Assembly (NCBI RefSeq): GCF_009914755.1
Contig: NC_060929.1
Direction: 5' to 3' (one strand)
Origin: the human T2T-CHM13v2.0 reference genome, Homo sapiens
DNA length: 64,000 nt
The translations under genes and the position numbers were made by a program. Positions 27,255-45,250 of this stretch are shown piece by piece. Numbering within the stretch: position 1 is the stretch's first letter; each line of letters opens with the position of its first letter. The notes beneath the pieces were generated by a model that did not search any database, was not told the DNA's origin, and saw only the letters and a list, made by a program, of their open reading frames with translations.

Positions 27255-27563
27255 TCAGTGGGTGCACGCACCGTGCACGAGCCGAAGCAGGGAGAGGCAT
27301 TGCCTCACTCGGGAAGCACAAGGGGTCAGGGAGTTCCCTTTCCTAGTCAAAGAAAGGGGTGATGGACGGCACCTGGAAAATCGGGTCACTCCCACCTGAA
27401 TACTGCGCTTTTCCAACGGGCTTAAAAAACGGCGCACCAGGGGATAATATCCTGCACGTGGCTCGGAGGGTCCTAGGCCCACGGAGTCTCGCTGATTGCT
27501 AGCACAGCAGTCTGAGATCAAACTGCAAGGCGGCAGCGAGGCTGGGGGAGGGGCGCCCGCCAT
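27255..27563 (-). CDS. L1 ORF0 (antisense 5' UTR ORF), open, 102 aa
   Basis: MAGAPPPASLPPCSLISDCCASNQRDSVG... is the primate L1 ORF0 N-terminus; ATG at 27563. Expression unknown. Confidence 0.65.
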   Translation of the reverse strand: MAGAPPPASLPPCSLISDCCASNQRDSVGLGPSEPRAGYYPLVRRFLSPLEKRSIQVGVTRFSRCRPSPLSLTRKGNSLTPCASRVRQCLSLLRLVHGACTH

Positions 27564-28019
27564 TGCCCAGGCTTGCTGAGGTAAACAAAGCAGCCAGGAA
27601 GCTCGAACTGGGTGGAGCCCACCACAGCTCAAGGAGGCCTGCCTGCCTCTGTAGGCTCCACCTCTGGGGGCAGGGCACAGACAAACAAAAAGACAGCACT
27701 AACCTCTGCAGACTTAAATGTCCCTGTCTTGACAGCTTTGAAGAGAGCAGTGGTTCTCCCAGCATGCAGCTGGAGATCTGAGAAGGGGAAGACTGCCTCC
27801 TCAAGTGGGTGCCTGACCCCTGAACCCCGAGCAGCCTAACTGGGAGGCACCCCCCAGCAGGGGCAGCCTGACACCTCACACGGCCCAGTACTCCAACAGA
27901 CCTGCAGCTGAGGGTCCTGTCTGTTACAAGGAAAACTAACAAACAGAAAGGACATCCACACCAAAAACCCATTTGTACATCACCATCATCAAAGACCAAA
28001 AGTAGATAAAACTACAAAG

Positions 28020-29041
28020 ATGGGGAAAAAACAGGGCAGAAAAACTGGAAACTCTAAAAAGCAGAGTGCCTCTCCTCCTCCAAAGGAACGCAGTTCCTCA
28101 CCAGCAATGGAACAAAGCTGGACGGAGAATGACTTTGACGAGCTGAGAGAAGAAGGCTTCAGACGATCAAATTACTCCAAGCTACGGGAGGATATTCAAA
28201 CCAAAGGCAAAGAAGTTGAAAACTTTGAAAAAAATTTAGAAGAATGTATAACTAGAATAACCAATACAGAGAAGTGCTTAAAGGAGCTGATGGAGCTGAA
28301 AACCAAGGCTTGAGAACTAGTTACGTGAAGAATGCAGAAGCCTCAGGAGCTGATGCGATCAACTGGAAGAAAGGGTATCAGCGATGGAAGATGAAATGAA
28401 TGAAATGAAGCGAGAAGGGAAGTTTAGAGAAAAAAAGAATAAAAAGAAACGAGCAAAGCCTCCAAGAAATATGGGACTATGTGAAAAGACCAAATCTACA
28501 TCTGATTGGTGTAACTGAAAGTGACGGGGAGAATGGAACCAAGTTGGAAAACACTCTGCAGGATATTGTCCAGGAGAACTTCCCCAATCTAGCAAGGCAG
28601 GCCAACATTCAGATTCAGGAAATACAGAGAACGCCACAAAGATACTCCTCGAGAAGAGCAACTCCAAGACACATAATTGTCAGATTCACCAAAGTTGAAA
28701 TGAAGGAAAAAATGTTAAGGGCAGTCAGAGAGAAAGGTCGGGTTACCCTCAAAAGGAAACCCATCAGACTAACAGCGGATCTCTCGGCAGAAACTCTACA
28801 AGCCAGAAGAGAGTGGGGGCCAATATTCAACATTCTTAAAGAAAAGAATTTTCAACCCAGAATTTCATATCCAGCCAAACTAAGCTTCATAAGTGAAGGA
28901 GAAATAAAATACTTTACAGCCAAGCAAATGCTGAGAGATTTTGTCACCACCAGGCCTGCCCTAAAAGAGCTCCTGAAGGAAGCGCTAAACATGGAAAGGA
29001 ACAACCGGTACCAGCTGCTGCAAAATCATGCCAAAATGTAA
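28020..29041 (+). pseudogene. L1 ORF1p, disrupted
   Basis: MGKKQGRKTGNSKKQSASPPPKERSSSP...NHAKM; TGA at 28311-28313 plus nearby indels. Confidence 0.92.
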
Positions 29042-32886
<3,845 letters not shown>

Positions 32887-33255
32887 ACAATGAGAACACA
32901 TGGACACAGGAAGGGGAACATCACACTCTGGGGACTGTTGTGGAGTGGAGGGAAGGGGGAGGGAAAGCACTGGGAGATATACGTAATGCTAGATGACGAG
33001 TTAGTGGGTGCAGCGCACCAGCATGGCACATGTATACATATGTAACTAACCTGCACATTGTGCACATGTCCCCTAAAACTTAAAGTATAATAATAATAAA
33101 TAAATAAATAAGAAAATGAAAACATATTAATAAAGCAAGCATGAATAAACTTTTATAAAATAAAAATAAAATAAAATTTACCTATTTTGATAGAGATATA
33201 GTAGAACAAATATAGCAAAATGTTAGTTGATTAATCTTGTTGGTGTGTGTATTGG

Positions 33256-33601
33256 TGTATTAGTTCATTTTCACGCTGCTTATAAAGATATACCTGAGAC
33301 TGGGTAATTTATCAAGAAAGAGGTTTAATGGCCTCACAGGTTCATGTGACTGGGGAGGGCTCACAATCATGGCAGAAGGCAAAAGGAATGTCTTACATGG
33401 AGGCAGATAAGAGAGAATCAAGCAAAAGGGATTTCCCCTTATAAACCCACCAGATCTTGTGAGAATTATTCACTAAACAAGAACAGTATGAGAGAAACTG
33501 CCCTCATGATTTAATTATCTCCCACTGGGTCCCTCCCACAACATGTGGGAATTATGAGGTTCAATATGAGATCTGGGTAGGGACACAGCCAAACCATATC
33601 A
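33256..33601 (-). mobile_element. THE1 (ERVL-MaLR) solo LTR
   Basis: tgtattagttcattttcacgctgc...gggacacagccaaaccatatca, TG...CA termini. Confidence 0.9.
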
Positions 33602-33684
33602 GTGGGTTTTCACTGCAGAATTCTTTAATTTTGTCTCTATATTGCAGCAGTTCATAATAAAATTTTTGAAAAATTAACCTGAGC

Positions 33685-33803
33685 TGTGTGTATATATATA
33701 TGTGTGTGTATGTATATATATATATATGTAAACAATCCATCCATATATGTGTGAGTATATATATGTGTGTGTGTGTGTGTGTATGTGTGTTTGTGTGTTA
33801 TAT
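33685..33803. repeat. (TA)/(TG) compound microsatellite
   Basis: Alternating TA and TG runs. Confidence 0.85.
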
Positions 33804-35014
33804 AAACAATCCAACTCTGTCTGGTTCCATAAGCTTCCTTTGATACTCATGTGAATTCCAGTCAGTTTAGAAGATAATTACGCAGGGAGAAAAAGTTGCT
33901 TTCTTACTATAGGAAACTTAAAGTTGGTCTCTTTTGATGCCATAAAATTGCTTGTTTGATTAAAAGAAATCATCTATTATTTTCAAACTTCTCCTTCTTT
34001 TAAGTAAGTTGAAGAGAAAATAAAACAATCCAGAACCACTAAATCTGAAAGTCTTAGAATCGGAAGTAATTGGAAAAATTATCTAGTTCATCTCTCCTCC
34101 CAAAGTTGAAATTTTCTTTAGAACTCTAAGATATTTATCCTGAACTTCCTTATATTATTTCTGCTCTCTGTAACTAAACAGTTCAAATAATATCTTTCTT
34201 CTCCATAGTGATGTCCTTGAGAAGATGAAGCCAATGACAGTAACACTCCCAAGTTCGTGCTTTTCTGAGCTTACATTTCCTACTGCCATAAATCTACTTC
34301 ATGCTTTATGGTATCCAGACCTCACATTATCAAAGTTATCTTTTGGACATGCTCCAACTGATTCAAGTTTCTCTTATTTAGAGAAACCAGTCGTGAAGAA
34401 AATATTCCAATGTCTAATAACATTGAGCTTATGACCAACTAAAAATCCCAAGGTAATTTTCCCATGAGCTGCTGTTTGACGTAATAACTTGAAGCAACAA
34501 TGCCAATTGTGTAATGTTATTTCTTAAACATGAGCTCTACTGTCTCCTGTTACCTCATAAAAATGCATTTCTTGTCATCATTCATCTTGATGAATACTGT
34601 ATGCATTCATTACTACTAATGACGAATATTCAATGCATTTTTACTTGCTTTTAAAAGATAATTTGAAGTAAATAATTGACACATAAATCACTTGAAAGTT
34701 TCTCTTGTGGCCATAAAAACTTGGCGAACAAATAATAATATTAACTGAAGATAAGCCATCCCTTAGCAATAAAAAAGTGAAAACTGAATTTACCACTTTC
34801 CCAGATGGGTTTCATCATTTTAATTTTCTTCTGGGAGGAAGATATCTAATAGGCACATATTAAAGTTTGAATATTTATGGGAGTTGGGGCATGGAGCTAA
34901 TTTTGAAAATGACAGTTTATTCAAGAAGCAATACCTTCCAGTTTGTGAAAATTACTCTGTAATTTATTAAAGACAGTGACAGTGTTTGGCAGTTAGGGTG
35001 AAGAATTTTTCCAA

Positions 35015-35021
35015 TATATAA
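35015..35021 (+). promoter_or_regulatory. Candidate TATA box of MARCOL
   Basis: TATATAA about 100 nt upstream of the ATG at 35118. Confidence 0.5.
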
Positions 35022-35117
35022 CACGGTGGTAGTGAGCATGGTTTATTTGAAGAGCACCTACTACAGAGTTAGGCTTAACTCCACCCAACAGCCAAGTCTG
35101 AAACCACTGACGGTACC

Positions 35118-35166
35118 ATGAGGGCTTTCATTTTCTTTCTCTTCATGCTCCTGGCCATGTTCTCAG
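35118..35166 (+). CDS. MARCOL: MARCOL exon 1, signal peptide MRAFIFFLFMLLAMFS
   Basis: accATG context, hydrophobic 16 codons plus 1 nt, donor G|GTAAGA at 35167 (phase 1). Confidence 0.9.
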
Positions 35167-38100
35167 GTAAGAAAGTCACAGTCAATAGCTTTCCTTCCAA
35201 ATCTCAAAGGAAAGAATGAGAAATGTTAAGTGATTTAGCAATACTTTATCAAAAGATTTAAAAATAGGCAATCCATCAGACAGAGAAATGGAAGAAGGTA
35301 AATTTCCGACAAAATAAATGTAGATCTGGAGTCATAAAAATAGTGACTGAATGAAATCAGAGTGAATAGTTTGGTGTGACTGAAGAGAAATAGATACAAG
35401 GGAGTAGGAAAGGCAAAACATTAGACTGGAAAGATGAATTTAGACTAAGAGGCTTATGAGTTTGTGAATATGCAAGTTCATAATTTATAAGAAAATGGTT
35501 TTGTGATATGATCCTGGACTACATGGTCAAATAATAATGTGTTCAAATCTTGATGTTTTTTTCCCATTCATGTGATTTGAGGAAACTTGTTTAACTTACT
35601 TGAATCTCAATTTTCTCATTTGCAAAACGGAAATTATTATTCTTTCCTATAGAGTTATTTCGGGAACTATACAGATAATAGCTTTAGTTACCATTACTTG
35701 TGTTTTTTTAGGTACTTGACTCTCAACTTACTTTTCTCTATTCCTTACCTCAGTACAGTTAGGTGATTTTCAGATATGTAAATTTCTAGCTTTGAGATGT
35801 AAATTTCTCAAGATAATAAATGATAGTTAATACATTTCTCAAGATAAAAATTATAATAATGAAACTGATTCTAATTTATCCCCAAATCATAAGCTCCCAC
35901 TTGACCATCTTTCTTATACCTAGTGAAATGAAATAATAAAAGTAAAGTGCCTCAGACCCCCCACTTCTTATATTTGTAACATCAAAATAGTGTTTCTCTT
36001 TTCATTGGAAACACTGCAAAGCTGTTTCCGAGTTTTGAGTACAAGAGTGATAATATTCATCTTGTTAAGAAATATCAGTCTTGTGGTAATACTAAAAATG
36101 AATTAGATGTAAGAAAAGTTGTACAGTAATGCCACTGAGGAGCTGCTGAAGTAACAGAGTTAAGAAAAAAAAAGGGTGAGTTAAGAGATAGAATTAGAGA
36201 AAGGAGAACAATACGTGTATGTGTGTGTGTTTTAAAGGGGGAAAACAGATATTCAGATAAAATTCCTTTATGGAACATATATTTCATATTTCATGATGGC
36301 AGGTACTGTAACTGTTGTGACCTTCAGTGCCTTGCTAAGTGCTAGAAGGTATTTTGTGATGGAAGAAAGTGTATTATATATGCAATGATTATATATATTA
36401 GAAGATGAAGAAGAGAGATGAATCAGAAAAGCAATACTAAGCGCATCCTAGAGTTTGTAAAATCAGAAGGGAAAAAATACAAAACAAAGCTGAAGATACT
36501 TATTTTCCAAGTTTTTAGCTTAAAAAATAGATGGTGAAACCACATTATAATATCTTAATTGTCTCTTATTACTCCAAAATTCACCCTTAGTTTTTATTTA
36601 ATAAATTTACTTATCCATGTAAGAAATGATGTATTATTAGGATTTTCATTGATTCATTACTTACTTTAGCAAAAGAGGGAAATAAACTACCTGTTTATTA
36701 CTAGAACACTGGCTAAATAAATTATGATAAACCCATAAAATGGGATACTATGCAACCAATGAGGGGAAACAAATAAATATGCTCTATATGTATTGATGTA
36801 GTGAAATCTTCATTATATTGATTGTCCTTGGAGAAAACAAAGAGTAGAACTCTGTGTAGAGTGTGCCACCAATTGTGTGAATAATTATATTCATATATGT
36901 TTGTAAATACATAGGATATCCATCAAATAATTCACAAAAACCTGTAAATGTGATGGTGTCTTAGGCACTTTACTTTTACCATTTCCTAGGTAATAGGAAA
37001 TAATTATGTCGTAGTTAGGAAATTATTTTTGTGGGGGGTTTGGAGTGGGGGTACAGACAGGAAAGAAAAGGAAAGTAATTTTAAACTGTTTACTCTTTGC
37101 ACCTTTAGGATTTGGCCCCATTTACTTGTGTCACCTGTTAAAAAAACTGAAAGTCATTAATAAAAATATGTTACCAACTCTTTTTTCCTATTTCTTCCAC
37201 ATATCTACTTTAATTTATTTCTACTTGGTGTTAGCAACTGTTAATGAGCAATGTTTTATTCCTAGAACTGAAAGAATCCATACATGTACTCATCTCTCAG
37301 CTAAAAAAAATTATTTTTTCTCATTAATTTCTCTGGTTGAATCTTATGTTTCTTATGTACCTCCTCCTCCAGGAAGAAAAAAGGATTCCACACTCTCTGC
37401 TACCTTGATTAGGAGACTATTGTCTAGTTTACTCCTCACGTGATAGCATTGATCATTCTACTATAATATAAAGTCCTACTTATTTGCCCCACTACTAGAC
37501 TTCTCAGCTTCATGTGAGCAGGGCCGTGAATGTCTTGTTCATTCCTAGCTCTTTCTAAGCTTCTTTTATAATAACAAATTATTTAAATTTATATTTTTTT
37601 GTTAAATTGAATGAATGGCTAAGTTATACTCACAATCCATATCCACACTATACCACAGTTTAGTTAAGCAGGTTGCTAACTGCTAAGCTTCTGTGTCTTG
37701 ACTAGGACCTTAATCACCTGCAGGAGTATACCATAGCATGCTCAGTGCATACCAATTGACTATCATTTGACTTTGCTTAAATTGACTTGAAGGTATAAAT
37801 GTGTATATTTATGGAAATATAAAGCAGAGCAATTGAAAATTCAAGTGAGACCCTAAGTATACATCTGAAATAATCAACATTGGAATGATTTAAAATTGCG
37901 TATATTGAAAAAAATACCAAAAAAAACCTATGCAGAAAACAAAATGTAAGCCTAATTAAAATCTTTAAGAGAACCCCACATTAGGAAAGTGAATAAAGAA
38001 AGAGGAATTATCAAGCAAGAAGGAAAGGATGAGAAAAATATACACTTCTACCAAAAAAAAAAAAAAAAGGAAAAGAAGCATAGCCCAATGCAATACTCTT

Positions 38101-38971
38101 GTACTTAGCTCTAAAGTCATTCCATTTGTTTATTTATTGTTTTTTAGATCCTGCTCATTATGGAATATAATCTGAAAAAACATAAAACATATACACATAC
38201 ACACAATTACATATATTTCATTAGGGCATAGGTGGGCTTCCAAAATAAGTTGGAGAAGCTATAAAACACAGGGTTTAAGAAATAATCGTGATATTTACCA
38301 TTCTCTTGAGCAATTTGACCAAAATAGAAAGAAGAAATATAACCACCAGAGAGAGCATGATTGATCCTAAGGCCTTTTGTTGGAAATGGTGAACATAAAG
38401 CTGATTGAAAGACACATGTTCTGAAGGAGAAAGGAAACATCTGTTTTAGGGATGGAAATGGAAAGAAAGATGGCTACAGATAATATGTATAGAGATGGAA
38501 GTGAGAAGAATAAAGTGGGGCTCACGTCTGCCAGCCTTTTCCTGTCTGGAAAGTTGATGGCGTTATCCGTAAAGTGAAGCTGGAAAATTAGGAATAAAGT
38601 ACTTGGTGTGAAAAAATAAGTTTATAATGAGCATTGAGCAGAGCCAGTTTGATTCATCAGAAAACCATTTAAAGGAATTGGGGGTAGAATGAAGTCTCAA
38701 TTCAAATAATTCAGACTTTATGATTTAGAAATGGGGCAAGTTGGATTGATCCTCTAATTTTTGAAATCCATATAGTACAGTAAAGAAAACAAAGGAGGAA
38801 CCCAAATATTCAGGATATGAGGAAGAACGAGAAGATTCTATCTTGGGGCTTGGTTAAAAAATCAAGAAAGCATTAAAAACATACTATATCTTGGACAAAT
38901 GTTGTTGATTTAAAATTATTTAATGTATATAACTTTATTTTCATTTTTTTCTGGTTGTGTTATTATTCCAG

Positions 38972-39780
38972 CATCTTCAACCCAGATTTCAAATACCAGT
39001 GTCTTCAAACTAGAAGAGAATCCAAAACCTGCACTTATTCTGGAGGAAAAAAATGAAGCTAACCATCTAGGAGGACAAAGAGATTCTAATAAGCAAGGAG
39101 GTAGTTATACACAAGGAAATCCAGGAACGTTTAGGCTTCAAGGACTACCAGGCTATTTTAACAAGCTAGAGAAACCAAGACATTTTAAGCAAGGGAGAGC
39201 AGGAGTTTTAAACCAGCCTGGGATTTTAAAGAATTCAGGAAAATCTAACCAAAAAGGGAATCCAGAATCTTCTAATAAGCAGGAAAACTCAGGATCTTCT
39301 AGCCAACTAGGGAGACCAGGGATTTCTACCCAACAGGGAAATCCAGGGTCATCTGACCAACAAGAGAAACCAGGGTCATTTAGCCAGAAAGTGATGGTGG
39401 GGTCATCTAGCCAACAGGGGAAGCCAGGATCATCTAGCCAACACGGGAATCTAGGGTCATCAACCCAGAAAGGGAATTTAGGATCTTCTAGCCTACAAGG
39501 GCATCTGGGTTTATCTAGCCATCAAGGGAAGCCGGAGTCATCTGGCCAACAGGGGAAGCCAGGGTCATCTAGCCAGCAAGGAAATCTAGGAACTTCTGGC
39601 CAACAGGAGAAGCCAGGATCTTCTAGCCAACAGGGGAAGCCAGGGTTGTCTAGCCATCAAGGGAAGCCAGGGTCATCTAGCCAACAAGGAAATCTACATT
39701 TATCTAGCCAGCAAGGGAATCAAGGACCTTCTAGCAAACAGAGGAAGCCAGGTTCATCCAGCCGTCAAGGAAATCTATGA
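38972..39780 (+). CDS. MARCOL: MARCOL exon 2 coding part: secreted Gly/Ser/Gln/Lys/Pro 9-aa repeat protein (spliced product 285 aa)
   Basis: Acceptor ttattccAG at 38970-38971, phase 1 (G+CA = Ala). 49+809 = 858 nt = 285 aa + TGA. Sequence ASSTQISNTSVFKLEENPKP...RQGNL recognised as MARCO-like protein. Confidence 0.9.
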
Positions 39781-40074
39781 TTATCTAGCCAGCAAGGGAA
39801 TATAGGATCTCCTAGCCAAAAGGAGAAGCCAGAGTCTTCTAGCCAACAAGGGAATCTAGGGTCATCTAGCTATCAAGGGAAGCCAGTGTCATCTAGCCAA
39901 CAAGGGAAGCCAGTGTCATCTAGCCAACAAGGGAAGCCAGGGGCATCTAGCCAGCAAGGAGATCTAGGATCTTCTAAGCAGCAGGGGAAGCCAGGATCAT
40001 CTAGCCAGCAAGGAAATATAGGGTCATCTGGCCAGGAATGGAAGCCAGAGCCATCTAGCCATCAGAGAAAATTA
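39238..40074 (+). repeat. 27-bp coding tandem repeat, 31 units in unbroken register (consensus GSSSQQGKP / GSSSQQGNL)
   Basis: Units recur every 27 nt from 39238: 20 before the TGA at 39778 and 11 from it onward. Confidence 0.92.
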
Positions 40075-41758
40075 AGGTCATTTTACAACCAACGACAAAG
40101 AAAAAATATCGACAGCACTTTTGATGGCAATATAACGGACTTTGAGGTTAGTGCTAATAACTTCTTTTTCTCAGTCAACTTGACCCAGCAATTCTCTTTT
40201 CCAAGACTTAAAATGCTTTAAAAACCACAGTGTGTTAATGAAAAGTCACTTGCAATGACACTGATCAAACAAAATGAGAAGAACTTTGGAGCTGATTATT
40301 TTCATGCATAACACTTATGATTATTAATGAATGTACTGCCCTTCTATTCTTTCATTTCCCTCTATTATTTTCCACTCAAACCTCCCTACCTATACTAGAA
40401 TAACTCAGATCCTCATCAACTGAGCCCACATCTTTGCCAGGTTTAACTTTCATGTCCATTTTTATCCCATCCGTAATCTATAAATCACTGAAGTAATATT
40501 CCTAAATCAAAAATCCTCTCTGATATTTTAGACCCCTGCTTGAAATTCCCCAGTGGCTTCATACTACCTAGAAGATGTAACTTAAACTCCTAAACATAGA
40601 ATTTACAGATTTTCATGATTATACTGCATACTGTTTAGCCTCATTTCATGTCACTGTTGCTCACACACCACCCATGTCATACAGAGCCCTTTGATTTTCC
40701 ACTCATGTATTCCTAATACTAATGATTTCCTCTATTATTAAACTCACCTTAACACTTTGTAATTGTCTATTATCAGCTAGATAATGAACTTCTTGAAGAA
40801 AGTACCATGTATCCCCAGAACCTAGAATAAGTGTGGCATGTAGTAAGTTCTCCTGAACTGCATGTTAGATGGATAGATTAATGCCTGCTACTTGGAAGCT
40901 ACCATTTCAAATAGGTGAACATATCTGATCCACATGTCTCCTGTATTCCCTTTTGAATCCTGCTGCGCTTTTACTTTCACTTGCCTGCCTCTCTTCCAAC
41001 AATCGGCCTCCTGATTTATTTAACAATTGCTTTGAATACTCCGTTTGATACTCACATTCAAAACAGTTTTCTAGAACACTATCTTATCATCTTAATGGAA
41101 ACCATTTTTTTACCTCATAAATTTTCATTCCTCACAAGCCTTCCAGATGAAAGTCATTTGTTCTCTTAGTCATTATCAGTTGGCTGGCATGAAGTAGTAA
41201 TCTCTCAGAGAGACTCCCTACCATTCAGTTCTTAATGCCATCACCAGCAGGTCTCTGAGTTTTTAGGATGTCACTTAAATTTTTGCAATTTTATATTTAT
41301 TCTAGAATAGGAGAAATAACCATGTCCAATTAACACAGTATGTGTGAAATAAATTGATCGTTATGAAAGGGTTGTATGATTTGGAAAATATGAAGGTTTT
41401 TTTTATCTCCCTACAACATCTCAGCTCTGAGAATTCCACATCCTCTATTAAAAATGTCTCATCATTCTCATTAATGACTCTGTTCTCACCTGCTAGTCAA
41501 AGGGTACTTATATTCACAGGCTTCTGCCATTTAGCTCACATCCAAAGAAAATGCATCAGGTATTATTTAAATAAATCCTGCATAATCCTACTTCCTGTAT
41601 AATTTTTTTCATGGGCATACCAAAAAAAGGAAATCAACAAATTATGACTGTATGCGTTTTGCATTTGCTTGTGTGACTTTTCCCTGACTATTGTTTGTCC
41701 AGGTAGAGGAAGAATTGCCTCCAGAAAATTAAAATGGAGGCAGTCTGACATATAGTAA

Positions 41759-45250
<3,492 letters not shown>

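Noticed and set aside
38923-38971. ORF-track start MYITLFSFFSGCVIIP as the MARCOL N-terminus
   Set aside because: This is the intronic pyrimidine tract before the acceptor at 38971; the signal exon at 35118 supplies the start.
39238-40074. CRISPR-like or other prokaryotic repeat array
   Set aside because: Contiguous coding tandem repeat without spacers in primate DNA; no prokaryotic systems or tRNA/rRNA genes seen.
39886-40221. 111-aa ORF as a separate gene
   Set aside because: Starts at GTG inside the repeat, is the in-frame continuation of MARCOL past its stop, and runs through the 40147 donor.
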